A stretch of 63,247 bases of DNA, filler included, from Saprolegnia diclina VS20 (GCF_000281045.1; 3 parts of one record of this genome joined end to end with filler, not necessarily neighbours in it), one strand, 5' to 3'. Positions 47,783-59,094 are shown, counted from the whole stretch's first letter. Numbers and translations: made by a program. Notes: generated by a model not told the origin, from the letters alone.

Positions 47783-48510
47783 TTCTACATGTACATTCCT
47801 GCACCTTCAGCGTCATCCATTGTTCGACTTGCAGTTGGCACCTGCTTGCACAAGTTCAACCCACCCGAGCCACGTCGCAGCCGTAGGATGCTATGCACGT
47901 GGATGCTAGGCGGTGCGCGGAGACGTGGTGCTGGCTGCGATGCCGGGACATGAAGCCCGCAGTAAAGTTTCCTTGACCACCAGTGTCGCCATCGCATTGT
48001 ACAGGCCTAGAAAAAAGAGGTAGACTACATGGCGGTTCTGCAGCGCCTCCGAGTCTGTACACGTGGCTTGGCGCTGCTTCGAATGACACCTGCCATCCAC
48101 GCACGCCAATGCGCTGCATATCCATATCCACCGTCGAAGGCCTTCGCCGTTCACAGCTATCTCTGCGCCGCTGGGTAGCGCTTGGCGATGGAAGGTCTCG
48201 CACCTTGACCATGGCATCGTCCGTCGACGACTGCCACGTGCCCCGCTCGACGATACGTGGCCGCGTCAGCAGCGGAGCGTATCCTGGGGCCAAAAAGATT
48301 CCAGAGCCTTCTATCCGGCTCGCGGCGCGTCCGGATACGGCGAAGCAGCGCCTCTGATTCGTCCACGTGATTCGGATTTCAGCCAATCACGTGCGTTTGT
48401 GTCGCGACACTTCTGTTTAGTATGGCGATGGCAATGAGCAGAACACGTGGCCGTCTACTCGCCACTTGGGCGTTTCGGAGCCATTTTGCGAGACGTGGGC
48501 TAGGAGTAAG

Positions 48511-51111
48511 ATGCGCCTGAGCCACCTCCTACCGCTGCTGCTGGCGGCGCTGATCGCGACGGTCTCGGCCTCGGTCGCCGGCGTCGACTTTGGCGGCGAG
48601 TTCTTCAAGATCGCGCTCGTCAAGCCCGGCCGGCCGTTTGAGATTGTCACCAACGTGCACAGCAAGCGCAAGACCGAGACGATCGTGTCGTTCAACGGCG
48701 ACGAGCGCGTGTATGGCGCGGACGCGATGAACATTGAGGTGCGCCGCCCGCAAGTGGCCTACTCGCAGATCCGGCGCTTCCTCGGCGCGACGGTCGACCA
48801 CCCGCTCGTGTCGAGCTTGACCGAGAACGAGTACTTTCCGTACACGCTGACCAAGAACTTGACGCGCGGCTCGGTCGCGCTCCAGCACAGCAGTGAGCAC
48901 ACGTTCCACGCCGAAGAGCTTGCGGCCATGGTCTTTGGCCACGCCAAGCAGATCACCAACGACTTTGCCGAAGCACCCGTGAAGGACTGGGTCATTACCG
49001 TGCCCATGTACTTTGCTGAGCCGCAGCGCCAAGCGATCATTGACGCCGCCGAGATCGCCGGGATCCGCGTCTTGTCGCTCATTGACGAAAACACGGCCGC
49101 GGCGTTGCACCACGCCGTCGACTACGAGGCGGCCGAGCCCAACACGCCGGAGCGCATCATGCTTTACAACATGGGCTCGACGTCGCTGCAGGTGAGCATC
49201 GTCGAGTACAAGACGCGCGTCGTGCCCGACGGCTTCAAGAAGAACAAGACGATCGTCGAGTTTGACGTGCTCGCGAAAGCGTGGGACGAGACGCTCGGCG
49301 GCGCGCAGTTTGACTTGCGCCTCGCCGAGAAGTTTGCGAACGAGTTCAACGCCAAGCTCAAGAACGGCGACGACGTGCGCAAGATCCCGCGCGCGATGGC
49401 CAAGCTCCGCGCCGCGGCGCGCAAGACCAAGATTGTGCTCAGCGCCAACGAAGCGATTCCAGTGATCGTCCCAAGCCTCCACGCCGACTTGGACTACAAG
49501 GGCCACGCGTCGCGCACCGAGCTCGAGGAGATTGCGGCCGACCTCTTTGCCCGCGTGCTCGAGCCCGTCAAGTCGGCGCTCGACCAAGCCGGCTTGACGG
49601 TCGGCGACTTGAGCGCGGTCGAGATCATTGGCGGCGGCGTGCGCATCCCCAAGATCCAAGCGCTTTTGCAAGAGTTTGTGCAGCGGGACCTCGGGAAGCG
49701 TCTCAACGGCGACGAGGCCATGGCGCTCGGCGCGGCCTTCAACGCTGCGAACCTTAGCACGTCATTCCGCGTGCGCCACGTGGGCATGACGGACATTAGC
49801 TCGTTCCCCATTGGTGTCCGCCTCGTGGACCTTGCGTCGCACGCCGCGGACGACGACCACCCGGAGGCTAAGCACTGGGTCAAGCGCGCGGCCCTCTTCG
49901 GCGAGCGCCAAAAGCTCAACGTGAAGAAGTCGGTGTCGTTCTCGCACGCCGACGACGTCTCGTGCACGTTCCGCTACGACAAGCCGTCGGCGCTGCCGCA
50001 AGGCGTCTCGTCGATCATTTCGCGCTACAACATTACGGGCATTGCGGCGTTTGCCAAGAAGATGGAGGACAAGAAGCTCGGCGAGCCCAAGGTCACGTTG
50101 AGCTTCAACCTCGACGCGAGCGGTCTTGCCTCGATCGTCAAGGCCGAGGCGACGTTGGACGAGGAGATTGAAGTGCCGGCGCCGACGAAGAAGGCGGTCA
50201 AGAAGGCCGACGATAGCAGCAGCAGTGCCGATGGTGACGACGACGACGACAAGACGACGGAGACAGACGAAGCCCCGGAAATGATCAAGAAGACCAAGGT
50301 GCACCGTGTGACGCTCACGGTCGTCCGATCGGACGCGGCGCACCGCCCGGAAGCCGGCATGGCGATTCTGCCCATGACCTTCCGCGACAAGAAGGAGTCG
50401 ATCGCGATGCTGGCCGAGATGGACAAGGTCGACAGCATCCGCAAGGCCAACGCCGAGGCCAAGAACCGCCTCGAGGCGTTCGTGTACGAGTCGCGCGAGT
50501 ACCTCTCGTCGCACGACGATGTGCTCGAGAAGGTCACGACATCGACGCAGCGCGAGACGTTGAGCGCAGATGTCGACGCCACCGAAGAGTGGCTCTACGA
50601 GGACGGCGACGACCTGGACGCCAAGGCGTACAACGAGCGCCTCGCCGGTATGCGCAAGCAGCTCGACGACATGGTCTTCCGTGTCTCGGAGCTCTCTGCG
50701 CTGCCGGAAGCGGTCGCCAAGGCGCAGCAGTATATCATCTCGACGATCGACCTCATGGCGCAGTGGGTCGATGTCAAGCCGCAGGTGACGGCCGACGAGC
50801 GCGACGACATCCTCGCCAAGGTCTCGGAGCTCAAGGACTGGCTCAAGGAGCAGCAGGCCGCCCAGGACGCGATTGCCAAGCACGACGAGCCCGTCTTCAC
50901 CTCGGCGCACGTGCTCAAGAAGATTTCGGGCGTCAAGAAGCTCGTGACCGCCTTGGCCAAGAAGCCCAAGCCGACGCCCAAGCCGACGGAGGAGGCCAAG
51001 CCGGCCGAGGGCGACGAGGCCAAGAAGGACGACGAGTCCACGAGCTCGGACGAGGAACCGAAGACGCCCGAGCCCACGGAAGAGGAGCCGACGCACTCGG
51101 ACGAGTTGTAG
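48511..51111 (+). CDS. HYOU1: ER Hsp70-family nucleotide exchange factor GRP170/HYOU1
   Basis: Signal peptide, GVDFGGEFFK, SKRKT, GGGVRIPKIQ, LNGDEAMALGA, AKNRLEAFVY and C-terminal SDEL. Confidence 0.95.
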   Translation: MRLSHLLPLLLAALIATVSASVAGVDFGGEFFKIALVKPGRPFEIVTNVHSKRKTETIVSFNGDERVYGADAMNIEVRRPQVAYSQIRRFLGATVDHPLVSSLTENEYFPYTLTKNLTRGSVALQHSSEHTFHAEELAAMVFGHAKQITNDFAEAPVKDWVITVPMYFAEPQRQAIIDAAEIAGIRVLSLIDENTAAALHHAVDYEAAEPNTPERIMLYNMGSTSLQVSIVEYKTRVVPDGFKKNKTIVEFDVLAKAWDETLGGAQFDLRLAEKFANEFNAKLKNGDDVRKIPRAMAKLRAAARKTKIVLSANEAIPVIVPSLHADLDYKGHASRTELEEIAADLFARVLEPVKSALDQAGLTVGDLSAVEIIGGGVRIPKIQALLQEFVQRDLGKRLNGDEAMALGAAFNAANLSTSFRVRHVGMTDISSFPIGVRLVDLASHAADDDHPEAKHWVKRAALFGERQKLNVKKSVSFSHADDVSCTFRYDKPSALPQGVSSIISRYNITGIAAFAKKMEDKKLGEPKVTLSFNLDASGLASIVKAEATLDEEIEVPAPTKKAVKKADDSSSSADGDDDDDKTTETDEAPEMIKKTKVHRVTLTVVRSDAAHRPEAGMAILPMTFRDKKESIAMLAEMDKVDSIRKANAEAKNRLEAFVYESREYLSSHDDVLEKVTTSTQRETLSADVDATEEWLYEDGDDLDAKAYNERLAGMRKQLDDMVFRVSELSALPEAVAKAQQYIISTIDLMAQWVDVKPQVTADERDDILAKVSELKDWLKEQQAAQDAIAKHDEPVFTSAHVLKKISGVKKLVTALAKKPKPTPKPTEEAKPAEGDEAKKDDESTSSDEEPKTPEPTEEEPTHSDEL

Positions 51112-51467
51112 GCAGCTCGTCGCTGCTCGACTACACTAGGTAGCACTCCCTTCATCCCACACGTATATAATAAAAGTATTCCGGACCTCAATGCATGTCG
51201 ATGTCGTGCATGCCGAGACTACACTGCATTGCAAAGCTCGAGGAGAGACTTCAACAGTGATTCTTTGCGCATATGCTGCCACGTCATTGTATCGCTCACA
51301 GTGGACTATTCACACGCCACTTTTCACTCAAAGTGGCGCATTTGGTGATCCTGCAGCACGTCAAGTGGCGTGCTTGTATCCTTACGAGCTGCTTACCATC
51401 GCGCACGCATTGGTCAAATGTTTTTCGATTTTCCACCAATGGCCTGCATTTTTCGAAGGCCGGCCCG

Positions 51468-52181
51468 ATGGAAGCGCGTCGGCTGCCGCTTGGAGCCATG
51501 GCAAAGGACGATGGCTCGGTCGTCGTGCCCGAGAGCCGACGCGCGGACGGCTCTGTGCGCAAGGAGATCCGCATCCGCAAGGGATATGTGCCCCAAGACG
51601 AGCAGCCTGTCTACCGACCGCGCGGTCGACGCGAGCGTGACGCCCCAACCAGCGCGGTCGCCGACCTCGCCGCCGGCATTAGCAGCATCTCGTTGGCGAA
51701 CGAAGAGAAGACGTCGGTTGACGCCAAGCGCCACGACGAAGACGAAGAAAAGCCCGCGCCGACGTCGCTGCAGCAGCGTGCGCGGCAACTGCCGATCGGC
51801 GCCGTCGAGACCGCCTCGGGCGACGTCATCATCCCATCCAGCCAACGACCGGATGGCACCTTTCGGAAAGAGATTAAAGTGCGCAAGGGCTACGTGCCGC
51901 AAGACGAGCAGCCCATGTACCGACCTCGCGCACTCCGCAACGCCGTCGACAGCGAGGCTTCGCAGTCCGTGCGGCCGACCGACACGCCGTCGCGCGACGA
52001 GAAGCCTCGTCCGCGCAGCAGACCGCAGGCTTCTCATCCTCGCCCGCAACGCACTTCGGAGCGCACGACGCCGCGAGAAGCATGGGCCCGCGAACCACCC
52101 GCGTCGACTGTATCGACGCCGCCGCCAACGTCGACGCTTCCTGCGTCGCACCCGAACCGGCGCCGACACATTGAACTCTAG
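51468..52181 (+). CDS. PYM1: Partner of Y14 and Mago (PYM/WIBG)-like protein with two Mago-binding motifs
   Basis: VPESRRADGSVRKEIRIRKGYVPQDE and IPSSQRPDGTFRKEIKVRKGYVPQDE. Confidence 0.85.
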   Translation: MEARRLPLGAMAKDDGSVVVPESRRADGSVRKEIRIRKGYVPQDEQPVYRPRGRRERDAPTSAVADLAAGISSISLANEEKTSVDAKRHDEDEEKPAPTSLQQRARQLPIGAVETASGDVIIPSSQRPDGTFRKEIKVRKGYVPQDEQPMYRPRALRNAVDSEASQSVRPTDTPSRDEKPRPRSRPQASHPRPQRTSERTTPREAWAREPPASTVSTPPPTSTLPASHPNRRRHIEL

Positions 52182-52307
52182 CAGCATCGAATCATATTCA
52201 TATATACATCTATATATTGAGCAACCCGGTGGGGCAAGAGGGTCGTGTCTATCTCGGTGTCGTCCTCGGTGGTTGTCGCCCCCGCGTGTAGTAAATAGTA
52301 GCTACGC

Positions 52308-55300
52308 TTACGCGGCCGACGACTCGACGTACGCGGCCGCAAGCTCCTTGACGTGCGCGACGCCGGCCTCGTCGCCGTGGTCCATCTCGAACGTGAGGTA
52401 CTTCTTGAAGATGGCCTTCATCTTCTTGGCCGAGAGGGCCATCGAGACGACGCGCTCAAAGAGGAGGCGGGTGCTCGCGAGCTCGCCAAACTTGATTTCG
52501 CGGTCGAGGTACACGTTCCAGAGGTCCATCTTCTTGGCGAAGTTGCTCAGGATCTGCTCAAACATCGACCGGCCGTGCTCGATCTCGCCATAGTCGTACT
52601 GCATGAGCGCAAACTTGGTGAGGACCTTGAGGTGCTTGTGCTTGGGGAGCGACTGCATCGAGCGCTGGAGCACCTTGCGGGCCACGTCCGGCGTGCCCTC
52701 CTGCATCGCCCACTCGCACGAGCGGAGCCAGACCTTGGCGCTCGTGTTGAACTTCTTTTGCATCGTCTTGAGCGACGCGTGGACATCGTCCGCTTGCTCG
52801 TGGCGCACGTAGAGCTCAATGAGCTTGAGGTACATGTGCTTGGGGTTGTTGGCGCGGAGCGCAGAGTTGAAGACGCGGCCAAACGAGCTTTCATCGCCGT
52901 GGTCATGCTCCAAGTTGAGGTACGCAACCCACACGTTGAGCTTCTCCTGGGCCTCGCGGAACGTCACCTTGGTCGTCGCACGGACCGCCACGTCACGGGC
53001 GGCGGCAATGTCCGTCATCGACACGTGGAACGCCATGTACTGGATCCACAGGAACGAGTTGAGCGGCGAGACCGCGAGGAGACGCTCGAAATCGTCGGCC
53101 GACTCGGGCACCGTCTCGCCGGCCGCGAGCGCGCGCTCCCGGTACGCGACATACATGTCCTCGTTCTCCTTGGCCGCCTTCTTCATGCGCTTGGCCTTGG
53201 CCTTGGAGACCGCGTCCGTCGCGCTGGCTTCGTCGTCTTCGTCCTCGTCGTCGGCCGCGGGCTTGTCGCTCTTCTCGATCGAGAAGCCGTCCCAGGCAAA
53301 GTCCGCGTACGGCGCCGCCTTGGGCGCTTCGTCCTCGTCCTCATCTTCGTCTTCGTCGTCGTCGCTGTCGGCAGCTTCCATGTCAACATCTTCCTTCTCC
53401 GCTTCCTCTTCCTCGTCGTTCTCGTCGTCGCTGTCGGCGGCTTCCATGTCGACGTCTTCCTTCTCTTCCTCGTCGTCTTCGTCGTCCGACGAGTCATCGT
53501 CTTCGCTGGACGAGCTCTCGTCGTCCGCAAAGTACGACGGCTTCAAGCCGAGCGAGATGCGGCGGTTCTCAATCTTGAGCACCTTGGCCTTGACATAGTC
53601 GCCGGCCGAGAAGACGCCGTCGAGCGACTTGACCTTCGAGTCGGCGACTTCGGAGATGTGGCAGAGGCCGCTGAGCGTCGAGTTTTCAATTTTGATAAAG
53701 ACGCCGTACGTCTGGACACTCGAGATGGTGCCCTTGACGTTCATGCCGACGCTGAGCGACTCGAGCGTCACGGACGACGACCCGCCGGCACCTTCCGTGA
53801 CCACCGACGCCTTGAGACTCAACTCGACCTTGTCGTTCTCGACCTTGGTCACGCGACCGACCACGAGCGTGCCGGCAGGGAACTGCTTGGCGGGCTCCTT
53901 GACAAAGTCATCGCTGAGCTCACGGAGGAGCACACGCGCCGTGCGCGAGCGGTGCGAACGCACAAAGCAGCCGCCCGAACCGACGGTCGCGACGTAGCCC
54001 GTGACGAGGTCACCGAGCGCCGGGACCTTGGCCGCGAGCGCCGCATCCAGCGCCACGTACGACGCCGGGTCCGCGACCGCCGACGGCTTGAGCGACACCT
54101 CCATCACGTGCTTGTCGTTCGAGAGCACGACGGCGTGAACGAACGCGCCGTGTTCGAGCGTCGCCAACGGCAGCGACGTCGGCGTGTCGACGACTTCGGT
54201 CACACAGACGCGACCAAAGGCGTGGGCGCCAAGCTGCACCATGATGGACGGCGCCGCGAGCGCCTTAACGTTCGTGTTGATGCGGCCGAGGACCACGTCG
54301 CCGACGTTGGTCTCGCGCGCGGTCGCGAGGCAGCTAAGATCAATGTGCTTCTTCTCCACGTCGAGCGAGAGAACGCGGCAGTTGACGCGCGTCCCGACCG
54401 CAAACGACTGCGTGAACGTCTCGAGGACCTTGATGTCGGACGAGAGCTCGAGCACGTGGCAAAAGCCGACGACGCGCGCGCTGAGGCGGATCATGACGCC
54501 GTCCTTGGCCGTCTCGACGACGACACCGGGGATCATCTCACCGGCCTCGAGGACTTCGAGGCCGGCGCCCGCCCAGTCGGCGCGCGCCGCCACGTCGCCC
54601 GACTGGTCGGCCGCGCGGAGCGAGACGTTGAGCGAGCGGAAGTTCGCAATGTTCTCGGGACCCACGGGCTTGCGCTGGTTGGCGCCCTTCTCGACCATGC
54701 TCACGATCCGGCCCGTGACGACCGTGTTGGTCGAGAACGCATCAAAAGGGTGCGCGCCGCCGTTGCTGTCGACGTCGACGAGCGACACGAACGCGTTGAC
54801 CTTGCCCGCGCTCTTGGAGCACTTGATCTTGAGCTCCATCGTGTCCTCCTTGATACCGACAATGCGACCCGTGACGAGGCCGCTGAGCACGAGGTCCGAC
54901 CCCGCGTACTTGGGCAAGTGTTCGTGGTCCGTCTTCTTGGCCTTCTTCTTCGACACCTTCTTCTCGGAAGCAACCAAGACGAGCACCGGGAGGTCGTCGA
55001 ACGGGTTTTGCTGAACGTGGCCCGCGACACGGCACGCGTGCACCTGGCCGGCCTCGAGCTCGAGCGACGCGCAGGACGACGACGGGCTAAAGAAGGACGC
55101 GACCTGCAACACCGCGATCGTCGACTCGACGGCCACGACCGCATACTCGTCGCGCGTGAGGAGGATCGTCGCGTCGACAACGGCGTTGGCTTCGAGGCGC
55201 AGCGCCTTCTTGCGCGCCTTCTTCTCGCCGGCCTTGACGAGGTCCGACGTCGCAGTCGCGTAAAACACTTGCTTTTCAAAGTCGTAGTCGATGAGGCGGA

Positions 55301-57881
55301 CGTTGACCTTCTGGTTTTCGCTCCAGTCGAGGCCGGTCGTCTCGGTGACAATGACCGTCGTCTCGTCCGCGAGGCTGCACACGTGCCCGTACGCCTTGGC
55401 CGAGACAAACTCGGCGGCTTCCGTGTGGCCGACGTGGTGCGCCTTCCACGGCTGCGCGGCGCCGTGCGAGACCGCGTGCTCGGCAAAGAGCGCGGGGGCA
55501 TAGTCGGCGTTGACACGGGGCTTGTCAAACGTGCGGAAGTCGAGCATAAACTGCTGCTTCTCGGCGTGGACCTTCTCGACAAAGCAGTGGACCGTGTCGC
55601 CAATCTCAAAGAGCCCGTCGGCGCTGCTGACGAAGCGGTCGGTGAGGAACGCGATCGGCGCGAGCGCCTGGAGGTTGTTGAGGAAGCTCACGAAGACGCC
55701 AAAGGGGCGGATCTCGCGCACAAAGCCCGTGACCGCCATGCCTTCCTTGACGTCGCCAAAGCGGGCCGGCATCGTCTTCTGCTCCTTCGCCGCGAGCAAC
55801 AGCGGCTTCTTGGTCAAGTGGAGGAGACCGTCCTTTGCCTGGAAGAGCACCATGCACGAAAATGTATCGTCGACCGAGACGGACGCGCTCATGGCGCGCG
55901 GAAAGTCCGTCAAGTGGGCGTTGGCGACGACGCCTTCGAGGCCGTCCGTGGTCTGGACGCGGACAAAGCTCTCGTCGACCTCAATGACCTTGACGTCCAC
56001 GATCGCACCGGCCGGGAGCTCCGACGACGACGTCGCGACGCCGGACGCGGTCGCGCGCGTTACCGTCGACGTCGTGTCGAACGTCAGCGTCATGCGCATC
56101 TTGATCGGGTCGCAGCGGGCGACGCAGGCCTTGACGACCTGGCCGGTGGTGTACGCCGCGGCAATGTCTTCGACGCCGGCCTTGAAGAGCGTCGCGGCCG
56201 GCACAAGGCCGTGCACGCCGTTGTAAAAGCCAATGACAAGACCAAACTCGGCGACCTTGGTGATAAAGCCGTGCGCCATCGTGCCCGGCGTCGCCTGCTG
56301 GTACGACGTGAGCGGCGGCAGCTCCGAGCTCACGAGACCCTTCTTGAGCGTCAGATGCACCTTCTTGGCAGGCACGTCCACACTCAACACGCGGCACTCG
56401 ATCGCGTAGCCGACCTTGTACTTGGACATGGTCTTCTTGAGCGCGACGGTCGGCGCGTGGGCGGCCGAGACAAGGCCGCGAATCCCGTCGCAAATGTCGA
56501 CGAGGATACCCCACGACTCGACACTCACGACCTTGCCCTTCACAACCGTGCCGGCAGCGAGGTCCACGAGGCGGAGCGCGGCCTTGTTGAGCGCGGCGGG
56601 TGCGAGCGTCACGTTGACAACGCTGTCAAAGAGCGAGTAGCCGACGACGCGGCCGGGCAGCACCTGGTCGACCTTGAAGTGCTTCTCGAGCTTCTCGACG
56701 CGAAAGTCGGCGACGCGCGAGATGTGCGCAAACGCCGGGCGGAAGTCCTTCCACGAGAGCTTGTCGGTGGTCGTGAGGCCGCCGAGGCTCACGAGCATAC
56801 CGATGCCGGCGTCCAACCGGTGGATCGCGCAGCTCTCGATGATGTCGCCAATGTTTTCGGAAAACTCGGGCGTCTGCAGATGCACAACGTGCGGCGCCAT
56901 CGAGAGCACAATCGTCTTGTTGGTCGCGTCAATGGCCGTGATGCGCGCGCGACCCTTCATGCCCTTGCTGAAGGCGTCCGCCCAGTTCTTCTGGCACGGG
57001 TTGCTCATGTGGTTGTACTCGACGGTTCCGTTAAAGAACGTGAGAAAGTTGACGCTGAGCCCGTTCGCGAGGACTTCGTCGATACGCACGTTCAATAGCA
57101 TGCCGAGGGACAGCGTCGACATGGTATACGCGTCGCCGCGCGTCACCGTCTTGACGACGACCGCCTTCTCAGTCGTGAGCGTCGCCGTGTGCGTGTGTTC
57201 GTTGATCAAGTTGACGGCGCAGAAGAAGAGCTGGCCGGGCACGAGCTCCGGGAGCGCGTTCGGCGCGTGGAGGTCCTTCTTGGGCACAAAGCCAGTGAAC
57301 CCGCGGACGCCGAGGTTCATGATGGCGCCGTGGTCTTCGACGCTTTGGACGCTCGCGTAGAGCGACGCGCCCTTCGTAATGTGGTGGGCGCTCAAGTTGC
57401 TGTTGATGAGCGAGACGCGGAGCGAGAGTTCAATGCGCTTGCCCTTCTCTTCTTTCGAGCACTTGAGCACGATGGCGGGCACGAACTGACCGACGTAGAA
57501 GCGGGCCGCGAGCTCGCCGCCTTCGGGCTTGACGACCTTGTGCAATTCGTCCGAGGTTTCCTTGAGCGCGACAAAGCCGCTGAGGTTGTTCTGGAGCGAG
57601 ACGACGAGGTCGGCCTCGTTGACCTGGCGGATCACGCCCATGATCAGCGTGCCGGCCTTGAGGTTCTTGAATGTGATGCAATGGGCGGTCGCGGCCTTCT
57701 CGGCGCGCGCGGCCGGGACGTCCTCGGTCTTGTTGTGCTTATGGACCTTCTTCTTGGAGGGCGCGTCGGTCGCCGCCGTCTCCTTCTTGCCGAAGAGGAC
57801 GTCCGAGTCTTCGGGCTTCTTGCGCTTCTTGGAGGCGTCGTCGGCCGACGGCTTCTTGCCGCGCGGGAAGCTCACGTCCAT
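52308..57881 (-). CDS. RRP5: rRNA biogenesis protein Rrp5/PDCD11
   Basis: SFPRG start, many S1 repeats, an acidic linker and HAT/TPR tail (DFERLL..P.NSFLWIQYMAF, EKLNVW.AYLNLE). Confidence 0.97.
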   Translation of the reverse strand: MDVSFPRGKKPSADDASKKRKKPEDSDVLFGKKETAATDAPSKKKVHKHNKTEDVPAARAEKAATAHCITFKNLKAGTLIMGVIRQVNEADLVVSLQNNLSGFVALKETSDELHKVVKPEGGELAARFYVGQFVPAIVLKCSKEEKGKRIELSLRVSLINSNLSAHHITKGASLYASVQSVEDHGAIMNLGVRGFTGFVPKKDLHAPNALPELVPGQLFFCAVNLINEHTHTATLTTEKAVVVKTVTRGDAYTMSTLSLGMLLNVRIDEVLANGLSVNFLTFFNGTVEYNHMSNPCQKNWADAFSKGMKGRARITAIDATNKTIVLSMAPHVVHLQTPEFSENIGDIIESCAIHRLDAGIGMLVSLGGLTTTDKLSWKDFRPAFAHISRVADFRVEKLEKHFKVDQVLPGRVVGYSLFDSVVNVTLAPAALNKAALRLVDLAAGTVVKGKVVSVESWGILVDICDGIRGLVSAAHAPTVALKKTMSKYKVGYAIECRVLSVDVPAKKVHLTLKKGLVSSELPPLTSYQQATPGTMAHGFITKVAEFGLVIGFYNGVHGLVPAATLFKAGVEDIAAAYTTGQVVKACVARCDPIKMRMTLTFDTTSTVTRATASGVATSSSELPAGAIVDVKVIEVDESFVRVQTTDGLEGVVANAHLTDFPRAMSASVSVDDTFSCMVLFQAKDGLLHLTKKPLLLAAKEQKTMPARFGDVKEGMAVTGFVREIRPFGVFVSFLNNLQALAPIAFLTDRFVSSADGLFEIGDTVHCFVEKVHAEKQQFMLDFRTFDKPRVNADYAPALFAEHAVSHGAAQPWKAHHVGHTEAAEFVSAKAYGHVCSLADETTVIVTETTGLDWSENQKVNVRLIDYDFEKQVFYATATSDLVKAGEKKARKKALRLEANAVVDATILLTRDEYAVVAVESTIAVLQVASFFSPSSSCASLELEAGQVHACRVAGHVQQNPFDDLPVLVLVASEKKVSKKKAKKTDHEHLPKYAGSDLVLSGLVTGRIVGIKEDTMELKIKCSKSAGKVNAFVSLVDVDSNGGAHPFDAFSTNTVVTGRIVSMVEKGANQRKPVGPENIANFRSLNVSLRAADQSGDVAARADWAGAGLEVLEAGEMIPGVVVETAKDGVMIRLSARVVGFCHVLELSSDIKVLETFTQSFAVGTRVNCRVLSLDVEKKHIDLSCLATARETNVGDVVLGRINTNVKALAAPSIMVQLGAHAFGRVCVTEVVDTPTSLPLATLEHGAFVHAVVLSNDKHVMEVSLKPSAVADPASYVALDAALAAKVPALGDLVTGYVATVGSGGCFVRSHRSRTARVLLRELSDDFVKEPAKQFPAGTLVVGRVTKVENDKVELSLKASVVTEGAGGSSSVTLESLSVGMNVKGTISSVQTYGVFIKIENSTLSGLCHISEVADSKVKSLDGVFSAGDYVKAKVLKIENRRISLGLKPSYFADDESSSSEDDDSSDDEDDEEEKEDVDMEAADSDDENDEEEEAEKEDVDMEAADSDDDEDEDEDEDEAPKAAPYADFAWDGFSIEKSDKPAADDEDEDDEASATDAVSKAKAKRMKKAAKENEDMYVAYRERALAAGETVPESADDFERLLAVSPLNSFLWIQYMAFHVSMTDIAAARDVAVRATTKVTFREAQEKLNVWVAYLNLEHDHGDESSFGRVFNSALRANNPKHMYLKLIELYVRHEQADDVHASLKTMQKKFNTSAKVWLRSCEWAMQEGTPDVARKVLQRSMQSLPKHKHLKVLTKFALMQYDYGEIEHGRSMFEQILSNFAKKMDLWNVYLDREIKFGELASTRLLFERVVSMALSAKKMKAIFKKYLTFEMDHGDEAGVAHVKELAAAYVESSAA

Positions 57882-58422
57882 GATCTTGCTTCCAAAGATA
57901 TCGGGATATGAACCACCTTGGCCTCGTTGCCAGTGGTTTGGTTGGCCAGGGTCCGAGGGCAATTTCAGGACCCAATCAAATCGCGCCATTTCGCACGCCG
58001 CCGCGCCTGATTGGCTTAGACAGACCTGCGATAATGCATAATCAACGCGCAGAATTAATATTCCGCGGGAACCAGCTTCAACCTCGACGACACGTCGTCC
58101 GTGAGCGCCATGGCACTCAGCTCGCGACGGCTCTCTCTAAAGAGCTCGGCGGTACTTTGGCGAACAGCAGATACCGCTGTCGCACGCTATGACCGGTCAA
58201 CAGTCGAATGGGCAGCTATCGAAGGCGACGTAGCGAGATCGAAAGTATGGTCGCACGAAATGTGATATGATACACGATGCGCCGTCTCCTTTTCTGGAGG
58301 CTGTGCGAACAGTAGAGGCCTTCTATCGTTGTTAGTCCTACGACACTGGGTTCGATGGTCTCGACCGAGTGTAGAGTACAGTGCAACGAGAGGCTCAGTT
58401 TCCTTTCCGACGGCAAGCACGC

Positions 58423-59094
58423 ATGGTTTGTGCGACGCTGCTGCTCATGGCGCTTAACATCGCATCCACTGCGGCACAGTCGTTTGCGGGCAAAGGCACG
58501 GCGTATCACGCGAGCTCTGTGGGCGCAGGCAACTGCAACCTCATGAGCTGGCTGCCGATCGCCAACACCAACCGGGTCGCGATCCCGTCGGCCTTGTGGG
58601 CGTCCGGCGCCAACTGCGGACGCTGTGTGCAAATCCAGTGCGTCGATTCCATTTGCCTGTCGAACGCGCCCGTCGTCGCGCAAATCACCGACTCGTGTCC
58701 GACCTGCGGCCCCCGCGACGTGGACATGGTCGACAGCCTCTTCCAGAAGGTCACGGGTGGCCTCTCGACGGGCGCGCCGCAGATCGTCTGGGCATTCGTA
58801 CCCTGCACTCCCGTCGGCGGCGTTCATGTCTGCACCAAGGTCGGCAGTTCGCGCTACTGGCTGGCACTGCAGCCGTCCAACAAGATCAGCGGCGTTCAGC
58901 GGCTGCGCATCATGAAGCAACCAACGTCGCTTCTTGGCAGCGCCTTCTACTTTGTTGCGCTCGGCCAAGCGTCAATTGAAGTGTCGCTCGCATCGACAGA
59001 GATCGAGCTCACGTCGTTCGGGGGCGACGTCATTCTGGCAACGCTGCGCCTTGTCCCCAACACGTGTACGCACATTCAACCGTTCAAAAGCTAG
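58423..59094 (+). CDS. Secreted expansin-like protein (DPBB + CBM63-like)
   Basis: Signal peptide, G.GT.Y, GNC, CGRCV, TDSCPTC..DVDM, W.FVPC and GSS.YWLALQ. Confidence 0.88.
   Translation: MVCATLLLMALNIASTAAQSFAGKGTAYHASSVGAGNCNLMSWLPIANTNRVAIPSALWASGANCGRCVQIQCVDSICLSNAPVVAQITDSCPTCGPRDVDMVDSLFQKVTGGLSTGAPQIVWAFVPCTPVGGVHVCTKVGSSRYWLALQPSNKISGVQRLRIMKQPTSLLGSAFYFVALGQASIEVSLASTEIELTSFGGDVILATLRLVPNTCTHIQPFKS

Noticed and set aside
52353..57098. 1581-aa antisense ORF opposite RRP5 (similar shadows on SRP54, M13 and HYOU1)
   Set aside because: Expected from strong GC3 codon bias, with no independent protein motifs.
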